Virus record (IMG/VR): IMGVR_UViG_3300020421_001669
Coordinates: 97,407-161,406 of that record
Reading direction: 5' to 3' (one strand)
DNA: 64,000 nt
Source: a virus
Each line of letters begins with the position of its first letter. The stretch's first letter is position 1. This document shows positions 40,507 to 48,418 of the stretch, piece by piece. The position numbers and the translations under genes are program-made. The notes below the pieces were generated by a model. That model had not been told where the DNA came from and searched no databases. It worked only from the letters and a program-made list of their open reading frames with translations.

Positions 40507-40828
40507 AAAACCAAGTCTAAGGCAATTCGACACTATGCTCGATGACCACAATTTTAAATGGTTGATGGACATCGAAATGAAATCTATGCAAACGCCGGCA
40601 GCAGAAGTTCGCCGGCGTTTTGAAGCAAAAGAGGATGAGTTATTGTCCTACACAGATATTTCTGAAATGCATATGGAATTATGGAACGCCTACTACAATC
40701 ACGCCACTGAAGATGGGCCAAAACCAAAGTTGGTGGAGGCAGGAAGAGAACACGGAAAAATCGTCTATAAAATAATTCATGACAATGGGGACGGTTTAAT
40801 TTTTGATTGGAGAAAACAACATGTATGA
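40493..40828 (+). CDS. Hypothetical protein
   Basis: ORF within the operon. Confidence 0.65.
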   Translation: MARSRKPSLRQFDTMLDDHNFKWLMDIEMKSMQTPAAEVRRRFEAKEDELLSYTDISEMHMELWNAYYNHATEDGPKPKLVEAGREHGKIVYKIIHDNGDGLIFDWRKQHV

Positions 40829-41186
40829 ATATAATGTAGTAATACAACGCTGGGTGGATGGCGATACAGTCGATGTCGATATAGATTTAGGCTTTGGTGT
40901 GTGGTTGAATGACCAGCGCGTAAGACTGGCAGGCATCAATGCCCCAGAGAGCAGAACGCGAGACCTAGAAGAGAAGAAACTAGGACTGGCGGCAAAAGAG
41001 TTCTGTAAGAATTTTGCAAAGGAAGGCGAGTATGCTAAATTGGTATGTAAGAAATACGATTCCAAGGGCAAGTTCGGTAGGATTCTGGGCGAGATTTGGA
41101 GTATCACCAATTTCGCAGATAAATCATTGAACGAATATTTACTTGATAAAGGACACGCGACAGAATATCATGGTGGCAAAAGGTAG
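40821..41186 (+). CDS. Thermonuclease (SNase-like)
   Basis: VDGDTVDVDIDLGF, RVRLAGINAPE, KFGRILG. Confidence 0.9.
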   Translation: MYEYNVVIQRWVDGDTVDVDIDLGFGVWLNDQRVRLAGINAPESRTRDLEEKKLGLAAKEFCKNFAKEGEYAKLVCKKYDSKGKFGRILGEIWSITNFADKSLNEYLLDKGHATEYHGGKR

Positions 41187-42147
41187 TCTATCCAGAAATC
41201 TAATTACAGGAGGTTGCTCATTCACAGCACATCTGAGTGAAGATACGCTTTCGTGGGCAAACCAATTAGAACAGAAATACGATAATGTGATTAACACCGC
41301 TGAGATGGCAAGCGGTAATCAGATTATTTGTGACAGAATATGTTACGAATTAAGTAAGCCTGAGGTAACGAGTGATAACACAATGGTCGCTGTCATGTGG
41401 AGTTCGCCCTTTAGAAAAGAATTCCTATTCACATACGATGACCCAGACTATAACGAAATACAGCATCTCTTTCCTAGAGACAAGCCAGGCTTCAGTAATT
41501 ACTTTCTAACAGATAAACCCCACGAGAAACATCCAACATCTAACTGGCTTATCGTAGGGGGCGGATATGGCATCTGGAATTACGAAGTAACGCCGCTGGA
41601 CGCTAGATTGAAAAACTATTTTAGTGATATATACAATCCCGAAGAGGCATATGTGAGCACTCTGAGGGCCATGATTACTGTACAGAGTTTATGTCAGGCG
41701 AAAAACATTCCGCTGTTAAACATGTGTTGGCAGAGTATCTTTCATGATTTGGGGAGTAAGGATTTTGAAGCTGAGGAGAGTTTTTGGAAGAAAGATGTGG
41801 TTAGCACTACAGGATGGTTATATACGCGACTGAGAACAGCATTTAGCAACAGAGAACGCAATAAAGGATTACTGACAAAGCAGGAATTATTGAGCGATTA
41901 TCATAACAAAAGAATTGATAAACTGTACCCTAATACAAAACACTGGTTTGAGCTAATCGATTGGGGTACATGGCACTTCTATGAGAACGATTTAATTCAG
42001 AAAGGTGGATTACAGGAGTTTTCGCATTATGAGTGTAAAACAAAAAGTGAAGATTTAAAACTTCATCCGAGTACTGAGGTACAAAGAAAATGGATGAAAA
42101 GAATAATGAAAGTGATAGAGGAAAAATATGGCATGGAAATCAATTAA
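41170..42147 (+). CDS. SGNH-hydrolase-like protein
   Basis: TGGCSFT, SWA, ASGN, VMWS, LHPS. Confidence 0.55.
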   Translation: MVAKGSLSRNLITGGCSFTAHLSEDTLSWANQLEQKYDNVINTAEMASGNQIICDRICYELSKPEVTSDNTMVAVMWSSPFRKEFLFTYDDPDYNEIQHLFPRDKPGFSNYFLTDKPHEKHPTSNWLIVGGGYGIWNYEVTPLDARLKNYFSDIYNPEEAYVSTLRAMITVQSLCQAKNIPLLNMCWQSIFHDLGSKDFEAEESFWKKDVVSTTGWLYTRLRTAFSNRERNKGLLTKQELLSDYHNKRIDKLYPNTKHWFELIDWGTWHFYENDLIQKGGLQEFSHYECKTKSEDLKLHPSTEVQRKWMKRIMKVIEEKYGMEIN

Positions 42148-42328
42148 AGAAACATTATGGGGAAATCCTAATAAAGGCATTAGTGGAGAACCAGACCCAA
42201 ACGATTTAACACTAGAGAACGCATATAAGACGCGCTGGATATGGTATCACACTATATTGGGAATCGAATTATTAATCGTTATTATAGTACAGGTTGCTAT
42301 ATTGACGCTTCTGGCAGTGAAATTATGA
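42128..42328 (+). CDS. Small membrane protein
   Basis: NAYKTRWIWYH followed by a TM. Confidence 0.65.
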   Translation: MAWKSIKETLWGNPNKGISGEPDPNDLTLENAYKTRWIWYHTILGIELLIVIIVQVAILTLLAVKL

Positions 42329-42438
42329 GTGCATTTATAGAAAGAGCAATATGGTTGGGTCTAGGATACTGGATTGGGATTGGTGCGCCTCTACCCGATT
42401 GTATACTAGGATGGTGTCAGACAGTGGGGAGTGTTTAA
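42325..42438 (+). CDS. Small hydrophobic protein
   Basis: ATGA-coupled; MSAFIERAIWLGLGYWIG. Confidence 0.45.
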   Translation: MSAFIERAIWLGLGYWIGIGAPLPDCILGWCQTVGSV

Positions 42439-42646
42439 GATATGCTTGGATGCGCCATACCCATAGTAATAGGGTTTATATTGGGGTTTCTCATTGGAAA
42501 GTATACCCGATAGTTCTGTACTTGAACTGTGGAGGGAAAAAAGTGGGAAATAGTGGTTATCTAAATCCGCGAGTGAGCAGGAGTGAGCGCCGCTGCCCGA
42601 CCAAAAAATCTGACACCGCTGCCGCTCCCAGACGCGGTAAAGAGAG

Positions 42647-42675
42647 ATCATACCACAGCACGGCACTAATGTCAA
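42647..42675 (-). promoter_or_regulatory. Leftward (antisense) sigma70 promoter with GATC overlapping -10
   Basis: Minus strand TTGACA-17-TATGAT with extended TG; GATC at 42646-42649. Confidence 0.7.
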
Positions 42676-42718
42676 GCACTTTCCGCCATAATTAATTCGT
42701 TTTATTTGAAGAAAACGC

Positions 42719-42747
42719 TTGACAACTGCTATTCCGATGTGTATAAT
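42719..42747 (+). promoter_or_regulatory. Consensus sigma70 promoter
   Basis: TTGACA-17-TATAAT with extended TG. Confidence 0.85.
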
Positions 42748-42782
42748 AAGGTGTCGCCTTTAAGAAGAGATATGGCTGCTGC

Positions 42783-42855
42783 TAAGTGATTGATATATAA
42801 GGGAAATAAAAGATAAAATAATCCTTGACATCTGGTGTAGCCTGTGTCATGATCA
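42783..42855 (+). promoter_or_regulatory. Early sigma70 promoter with IHF site and GATC overlapping -10
   Basis: IHF consensus on minus strand 42783-42795; TTGACA 42825-42830, 17 nt, TGtCATGAT-C. Confidence 0.75.
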
Positions 42856-42882
42856 CTATGTATTGAGATGAGGGAATCACAT

Positions 42883-43311
42883 ATGCGTTTAGTTATCCAT
42901 ACCCAGTACCGAGAGAATTACGGCGCCCACGATTGGGACGGTAAGGGTGAATGCCCGCAGTACTGGAAGTTTAAGGGTGGCAGCACCTATGTGGTGGGGT
43001 GTGACCTACAACAGGCACAAGACCCCGCCTTCTATGACTCTGTGGCCAAGTGCATTGAGCATAAGTCGGAGTACTGTGAAGAGTACTTCATAGGCGAATC
43101 ACTCGTTGATGATTGTGATTTTGATAAGGATAGTGTGGTGGACTCATGGGACACGGCCATCTATGCTGAATACATAGGTGGGCAATTGCACTGCCAAGAG
43201 GATGTAAAAGACTATACTATGGAGCGCAATGTTATCGGTCAGCGCTCGTGGTTACAGTGTAAGGATGGCCGATATGAAATGGAATTAGAAATGTTTGAAG
43301 AGGCAGCGTGA
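42883..43311 (+). CDS. Early hypothetical protein
   Basis: TQYRENYG...YWKFKGGSTY motif. Confidence 0.75.
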   Translation: MRLVIHTQYRENYGAHDWDGKGECPQYWKFKGGSTYVVGCDLQQAQDPAFYDSVAKCIEHKSEYCEEYFIGESLVDDCDFDKDSVVDSWDTAIYAEYIGGQLHCQEDVKDYTMERNVIGQRSWLQCKDGRYEMELEMFEEAA

Positions 43312-43560
43312 GCTGCTGACTACTCGACTCCCTAAAGGAGCCGTGCCGAACCGAGTCGAGTAGCACATTCACAGGCGCGGAGGTGTTGTGACCTAATACA
43401 CACGCGGCCCCCCACGGTTAGGGGGCCATCCCCAGCAGTCGGGCCTATGCTTTGGGATCGGTGTGGACGCCCTTACAAGGGCATCTGGCATCCCCCCATA
43501 TGCATTACTAAAAAAAGTTTTTGCCCAGTATAGGAAACCGCCACAGAATTTTTTTCGGGA
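43305..43560. other. GC-rich non-coding multi-hairpin region
   Basis: Perfect 11-bp stem CTACTCGACTC/GAGTCGAGTAG, GGCCCCC/GGGGGCC and GCCCTT/AAGGGC, followed by A/T tracts. Confidence 0.6.
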
Positions 43561-43568
43561 TATAAATT

Positions 43569-44006
43569 ATGGCAGATATAATTTTTGATGTAGACGGCAC
43601 TCTTATGGATATTACTCATAGGAGGCATTTTGTTGCACAGCGTCCCAAGGATTTTGATTCGTTTCGGAGTCATACTGAATTCGATACCCGAAAGGAACAC
43701 ATTTTTTCGGTTGCGGATGCGTTACAGGCACAGGGGCATCGTATTCTTATATCTACTGGTAGGAATAAGTCTCAAAGGGATATTACTATTAAACAGATAA
43801 GGGATGGCGGTATAGACTTTGAGCAGATATACATGCGTTCTGACAGTGACTATACACCAGATGATGAGTTAAAGTCACGATTCTTAGACCGTATGATATC
43901 AGATGGTTACAATCCTACTATGGCATTTGATGACCGTCAAAGGGTTGTGGACATGTTTCGTTCACGAGGTTTAACAGTCTTCCAAGTTGCGGAAGGCAAT
44001 TTTTAG
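43569..44006 (+). CDS. Stand-alone polynucleotide 3'-phosphatase (PseT HAD domain-like)
   Basis: IIFDVDGTL, STGR, YMRS..DY.PD..LK, FDDRQRVV. Confidence 0.85.
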   Translation: MADIIFDVDGTLMDITHRRHFVAQRPKDFDSFRSHTEFDTRKEHIFSVADALQAQGHRILISTGRNKSQRDITIKQIRDGGIDFEQIYMRSDSDYTPDDELKSRFLDRMISDGYNPTMAFDDRQRVVDMFRSRGLTVFQVAEGNF

Positions 44007-44013
44007 GAAAATT

Positions 44014-44259
44014 ATGGGAGTATACGATTATCAAAAAGAACTACTTAGAAAAAATGATACCTATGAGTCAACGGACAGTGAATATTATAGTTCACAGTCT
44101 CTTTTGGGGAACAATTTTCGTGTTGTTCGTTCTAGCGGTACAACCTACACCAGTTTATTGACAGGTGTGGGACTAGCATTCGCGTTTGGATATCTTTATG
44201 ATGAGATATACATGTTAGTGTTAGAACTCTGGTGTGTGGCATATGGGATTCTCATGTAA
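44014..44259 (+). CDS. Small membrane protein
   Basis: Hydrophobic C-terminus. Confidence 0.55.
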   Translation: MGVYDYQKELLRKNDTYESTDSEYYSSQSLLGNNFRVVRSSGTTYTSLLTGVGLAFAFGYLYDEIYMLVLELWCVAYGILM

Positions 44260-45050
44260 TGACAATTAAAATAAAGGGTGGCGGATATCCCCCAGATGGA
44301 TTACCCCCCAAGATGAACAGAGAAATATCTTTTGAGTTGTCTGGAAGTACAGGCAAGCATAATCTTTGGGTGTATGGAGACTCATTTGCATCTCAACCAT
44401 CGCCTTGGTTGTCTATGATTGCAAAAGAATTTAATCTCACTCAGCAGAATCATGCATGGCCTGGGTCTTCACTCGACTATGCCAGCGTACAAATCAATAA
44501 AACAATGAACTCGTGGACAAAAAAGGATGTTGTCATTGTTTGTCTTACTGAGGTATTGCGTATCTGGGAAAGATGGGAACATAAAGACCACGGCAGTAAG
44601 AATTTCAAAGGGAGACATATCCCCCGATCTGCAATTCTTGATATGAAAGACAGCAAGGGTTCCAAGGGTCTTGAGACTATGCCTCTTCAACCTACCATAC
44701 AGATTAACACATCACTACGCAATCATCTCATAAGAATTTTATCCCATGCGGATGTGCGTGCCGTGGTGGTGCTTGATGGGTTCAAGAACAAGGCAAACAG
44801 TTCCATCGATATCCCCGACAATATCACATACAGTGATAAGGGGTATCTCATGGAGGTGAGTATTAAGGAACCGATTGGGTGGTACAATTTCAGTACACTC
44901 GGGCCAGACCACCGCGACAATCACCTATCGGAAGTTAACCACCCTATCCTAGCGGAAAAAGTCTGTAATGCAGTGAAAAACGGCACCAATATAGACCTAA
45001 CAGATGGCTTTGAGGCGGATATTTTTAGAGTTGGTGAACCCGAAGAGTAA
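44259..45050 (+). CDS. SGNH-hydrolase-like protein
   Basis: VYGDSF, NHAWPGSS, RDNHLS. Confidence 0.55.
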   Translation: MTIKIKGGGYPPDGLPPKMNREISFELSGSTGKHNLWVYGDSFASQPSPWLSMIAKEFNLTQQNHAWPGSSLDYASVQINKTMNSWTKKDVVIVCLTEVLRIWERWEHKDHGSKNFKGRHIPRSAILDMKDSKGSKGLETMPLQPTIQINTSLRNHLIRILSHADVRAVVVLDGFKNKANSSIDIPDNITYSDKGYLMEVSIKEPIGWYNFSTLGPDHRDNHLSEVNHPILAEKVCNAVKNGTNIDLTDGFEADIFRVGEPEE

Positions 45051-45082
45051 AAAAAATCGATCTTTTTTGCTTTCCTTTGGAA

Positions 45083-45145
45083 AATCAATGGCTTACGGAG
45101 GCAGCTTTTCCTTGACATTTGCCCCGATATATGGGATCATGATCC
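45083..45145 (+). promoter_or_regulatory. Early sigma70 promoter with IHF site and double GATC at -10
   Basis: AATCAAtggcTTA 45083-45095; TTGACA 45112-45117, 17 nt, TGgGATCAT-GATC. Confidence 0.75.
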
Positions 45146-45173
45146 TGTAATCAATTGAGAGAGGTTAAAAATT

Positions 45174-45536
45174 ATGGCTTATGTATCCCAAGAAAAGAAA
45201 AAAGAACTTGCGGTTGGTATCAAAGCGGTACTTAAAAAGTACAAGATGAAAGGTACTATCGCGGTCAACAATCATTCTACTTTGGTTGTCAATCTAAAGT
45301 CTGGGCCCATCAACTTCAAGGCGCAAAACGAACATTATCAAGTTAATCCTTACCATGTCGAGTCTCAGTGGACTGGCGTTGCTAAGGAGTTTCTGCTTGA
45401 GTTGTTGGAAGCGATGAAGGGTGAAGGTACTGGATGGTTTGACAAGTCCGATATCATGACCGACTACTTCCATACTGCTTGGTACAATGATATCAACATT
45501 GGAAAGTGGAACAAATCTTACGAACTAACTGCTTAA
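45174..45536 (+). CDS. Early hypothetical phage protein
   Basis: MAYVSQE.KK...DKSDIMTDYFH.AWY..INIGKW. Confidence 0.8.
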   Translation: MAYVSQEKKKELAVGIKAVLKKYKMKGTIAVNNHSTLVVNLKSGPINFKAQNEHYQVNPYHVESQWTGVAKEFLLELLEAMKGEGTGWFDKSDIMTDYFHTAWYNDINIGKWNKSYELTA

Positions 45537-45546
45537 GGAGAGAGAT

Positions 45547-45810
45547 ATGACAGTTGAAACTATCAAAAAAGAAATGCTGACGATGAGTCAGTCCGAGTTG
45601 AGTATGATTATTAACTATGCTCAACAAATCAAGAAGGTATCCGCGACTGCCACCTTTTCGGTGGGTGACAAGGTTATCGTGGTTCAGAAAACCAAACGCC
45701 GTGAGGGTGTGATTCTCAAGATGAACACCAAGAAGGCTGTTGTCGAGATGCCTTGGCAAGGTCGAATCGCTTCGGTGAATGTTCCTTACTCTATGTTGGA
45801 GGCAGCTTAA
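45547..45810 (+). CDS. Small KOW/SH3-like protein
   Basis: FSVGDKV...GVILKMN.KKAVV. Confidence 0.65.
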   Translation: MTVETIKKEMLTMSQSELSMIINYAQQIKKVSATATFSVGDKVIVVQKTKRREGVILKMNTKKAVVEMPWQGRIASVNVPYSMLEAA

Positions 45811-45935
45811 TGAGCTGCCACTACACTGAGGCTTTTCTTGAGCGTTATTTTGAAGAGGGTCTTGAGATGGGCATGACCGATGAACAAGCAGAAGCATACG
45901 CATACAAAATGCTAGAGGAGGCGCCCCAACCTTGA
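45810..45935 (+). CDS. Small acidic protein
   Basis: TAATG-coupled; LERYFEEGL. Confidence 0.55.
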   Translation: MSCHYTEAFLERYFEEGLEMGMTDEQAEAYAYKMLEEAPQP

Positions 45936-46426
45936 GTCTGGTTCTTCGTGTGACAGGTGGAAACAAATTCCAAAAACAGTTGGCGTTCGGCACCATACAG
46001 TTTGCTGTCAAGCGCCTCATTCCTACTATTAGAAAACTTGATATCAACATTCACATTCGGAGTTTCAAAAAAGAGGGTAGTACAATCGGATATTGTACCG
46101 ATGATTCATCTGACTTCTGTGACTTTGTTGGTAAGTCACCTAGGCGATTTCAAATTGAAGTATCAAAAGACTTGAACTTGACGGATTTCATTAGATGTAT
46201 TTTACATGAGTTTGTCCACCTCAAGCAATTTGTCAATCGTGAGATGGTAGAGTTAGATACTGGCAAGACCCGATGGAAGGGCAAAACCATTTCCAAAAAA
46301 GTTACATACAAAGACCAACCGTGGGAAAAAGAAGCTTACAGGTTGGAAGAGAAATTGCTCTGGGAGTGTTTAGAGCAACAAGAGTTTTTGACAACGGATA
46401 TTAATCGTAATGGAGTAAGAGCATGA
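45932..46426 (+). CDS. Zinc metallopeptidase-like protein (HExxH)
   Basis: ILHEFVHLKQ...YKDQPWEKEAY. Confidence 0.75.
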   Translation: MSLVLRVTGGNKFQKQLAFGTIQFAVKRLIPTIRKLDINIHIRSFKKEGSTIGYCTDDSSDFCDFVGKSPRRFQIEVSKDLNLTDFIRCILHEFVHLKQFVNREMVELDTGKTRWKGKTISKKVTYKDQPWEKEAYRLEEKLLWECLEQQEFLTTDINRNGVRA

Positions 46427-46587
46427 TTAGATGGATTATAGGGTTTTTCTTAATACTTGGTAGTGCTGGTGGTCTGGAACAAGACACCATGACTATCTCA
46501 CAAACACTGGCGTTTGCCACTTTGGGTTTTGCACTCATGGGGTGGGCGACTTCCGATTTCAATAAGCAATATGGAGAAGATGTATGA
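46423..46587 (+). CDS. Small two-TM protein (not in ORF track)
   Basis: MIRWIIGFFLILGSAGGLE...; ATGA-coupled at both ends. Confidence 0.6.
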   Translation: MIRWIIGFFLILGSAGGLEQDTMTISQTLAFATLGFALMGWATSDFNKQYGEDV

Positions 46588-46835
46588 TTCGTGTAAAAAG
46601 CAAAAACTACAAACAGGTCATTGACCTTGATGGGCCTGACGGCAATGCTTTCGTTTTGATGGGTACTGCCCGTGGTGTATTGCGAAAAGGTGGCGAGAAC
46701 GACTTCAGTGAAATGGTTCTCAAAGAAATGGCATCAAGTGACTACACCAATCTAGTCAAGACCTTTGACAAGTACCTTGGTTCGTACTTCACTCTTGAGA
46801 CTTCTAATGAAGAGTTGTTAGAGGCGTTATCTTGA
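46584..46835 (+). CDS. Hypothetical protein
   Basis: IDLDGPDGNAFVLMG motif. Confidence 0.75.
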   Translation: MIRVKSKNYKQVIDLDGPDGNAFVLMGTARGVLRKGGENDFSEMVLKEMASSDYTNLVKTFDKYLGSYFTLETSNEELLEALS

Positions 46836-47029
46836 GTTATACCTATCTGAAAGAAATCACCGATTGGGGTGAACAGAAAGTTAAGAACCACACCTATATC
46901 TTCAATGAGAAGAATCAGAATGTTGGTTATATCATATCGGGAACCAAGGAAGAACTTTTCTACAATAAACCTTCCAAGTTGTTTAGTAAGGCGCGTAGAA
47001 AGTTCGTGGAGGTAAAACAATGGGCATGA
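46832..47029 (+). CDS. Hypothetical protein
   Basis: LKEITDW...NHTY...FSKARRKF. Confidence 0.7.
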   Translation: MSYTYLKEITDWGEQKVKNHTYIFNEKNQNVGYIISGTKEELFYNKPSKLFSKARRKFVEVKQWA

Positions 47030-47349
47030 TGAACATGGGCGGTAGCCTTCGATACGATATGTCTGGGCGTAAGCGTAGAGCATATAAGAAGAATAATCCT
47101 ACGCGAAAAACCAAGATACAGGATTCTGGAAAACCTTTGCGTGTAGATAGTTCTCGTCTTGAAGAGATGAATGAACACAGGCGAAAGTATCCATCACTTA
47201 ATTCCTTTGGGCAGACTTCAGGCACTAAGGACGATAAGTGGATACGCGAGAAGCAAGAAATCTCGCAAGGTTATACTGTTGCACCCGCTTACAATAAAGG
47301 GGCGTATCAAGTAATTGGGAAGAGTAATATCAAAGATATTGGTAAATAA
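47020..47349 (+). CDS. Basic hypothetical protein
   Basis: YTVAPAYNKGAYQVI motif. Confidence 0.75.
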   Translation: MGMMNMGGSLRYDMSGRKRRAYKKNNPTRKTKIQDSGKPLRVDSSRLEEMNEHRRKYPSLNSFGQTSGTKDDKWIREKQEISQGYTVAPAYNKGAYQVIGKSNIKDIGK

Positions 47350-47354
47350 CTTCT

Positions 47355-47431
47355 CTCCCAATAGCTCAACTGGATAGAGCAACGGCCTTCTAAGCCGTAG
47401 GTTGTAGGTTCGAGTCCTACTTGGGAGGCCA
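47355..47431 (+). tRNA. tRNA-Arg (UCU)
   Basis: Canonical cloverleaf, anticodon loop CTTCTAA, GTTCGAGTC T-loop, encoded CCA. Confidence 0.97.
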
Positions 47432-47459
47432 AACAAAGGAAAAAAAATTAAAAAAACGC

Positions 47460-47509
47460 TTGACATTTGCAAAAAAGATCAGTATAATGTTTACTAAGTT
47501 GTATAAATA
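47460..47509 (+). promoter_or_regulatory. Tandem sigma70 and late promoters
   Basis: TTGACA 47460-47465, 17 nt (GATC in spacer), TATAAT 47483-47488; TATAAATA 47502-47509. Confidence 0.85.
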
Positions 47510-47514
47510 AGCAT

Positions 47515-47583
47515 GCGGTGGACTGAATAGTACGATTCATTTCCAGTGAATTAGGTAAGGTGAAACTCCTTGACGCCGCTCCA
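47515..47583 (+). tRNA. Non-canonical tRNA-Gly (UCC)-like RNA, 69 nt
   Basis: GCGGTG...CGCCGC-T-CCA acceptor; ATTCA-TTTCCAG-TGAAT anticodon arm; reduced D arm; T-loop TGAAACT. Confidence 0.7.
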
Positions 47584-47585
47584 AA

Positions 47586-47830
47586 TTAACAGTTGTAGTC
47601 CTAGGCAAAGACTCCATCCTGTCACACTTTAAACTGCCTCGACTGAATGACGGTACTATGAGTACGATGCAGAGTAGGTCGTTAAACACATAAGGAGCCC
47701 TGAGCAGTGGCGCATGGTAACACACAGACCGAAAAAGGCTCAGTCCATCAGACTATGAGGGCAGTGATGGCCTCGATTAACATAGATGGACAAAGAGAGC
47801 TGGGCATCTCTCTTCATCCTAAACTGCCCA
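47586..47830 (+). ncRNA. Putative ncRNA: ~100-nt-period array of three H-type pseudoknots
   Basis: Loops CTAGGCA, CTGAGCA and CTGGGCA pair with downstream AAACTGCCT, AAAAGGCTC and AAACTGCCC (covarying); ends in CCA. Confidence 0.65.
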
Positions 47831-47852
47831 CTACTTAGAAGGACAACAAGAA

Positions 47853-48014
47853 ATGAAGTACTTGAGTATATTAGTTGTTTGTATTATGATTAGTGCATGT
47901 AGCGGAAGAATAAATTTAATCGCTGAATTACCAAAAGACCAAGACCTAGATGTAAGAATTAAAACATCCAAGTCTGGTGGTGTGCATAAATCTAATACAC
48001 CAACAGCAGAATGA
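47853..48014 (+). CDS. Small lipoprotein (not in ORF track)
   Basis: MKYLSILVVCIMISA-C lipobox; AGGA SD. Confidence 0.6.
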   Translation: MKYLSILVVCIMISACSGRINLIAELPKDQDLDVRIKTSKSGGVHKSNTPTAE

Positions 48015-48127
48015 AAAGACGATAAGATTTGTCTTTCATACGCACCGAACTTTTGTTACGATGCGAATAAATGAATTGTGGGTGATTAACTTTTTGTTAA
48101 TCTTAATTGAAAAAAACGGAGTATAGT

Positions 48128-48418
48128 ATGAAAAAGAAAACTTCACAAGCAACAAAGGTTATTTCAGCCTTGGAGAAGGCAGACCAAGGTCTGACTGCTA
48201 ACGAAATGAAAAATAGGTTTGGCGTAACTAATGCGAGAGCATTGGTGACACACCTTCGTCAGAATGGTTTCGCCATTTATTTGAACAAAACACCTAAGTA
48301 CACTGACAGAAATGGCAATGTAAGAAAGGGTGTTTCACGATACCGTTTAGGTACACCATCTAGGGCAATTATTGCCGCTGGATACAAAGCTTTAGCAGCC
48401 TCAAGAGGTCTTGCTTAA
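48128..48418 (+). CDS. Winged-helix DNA-binding protein
   Basis: GLTANEMKNRFGV.NARALV..LR.NGFAIY. Confidence 0.7.
   Translation: MKKKTSQATKVISALEKADQGLTANEMKNRFGVTNARALVTHLRQNGFAIYLNKTPKYTDRNGNVRKGVSRYRLGTPSRAIIAAGYKALAASRGLA

Noticed and set aside
42351-42695. ORFs across the promoter cluster (42351-42695 +, 42406-42675 -)
   Set aside because: They overlap promoter elements and GC-rich repeats, have atypical composition and lack an SD.
47586-47830. tmRNA, or a tRNA-Asp interrupted by a group I intron (CCATC-CTGTCAC...GATGG and AGACTA/TAGTC-like words)
   Set aside because: There is no alanyl acceptor with G3-U70, no canonical T arm, and the P7 elements are in the wrong order. The three-pseudoknot reading explains the sequence better and shows covariation.
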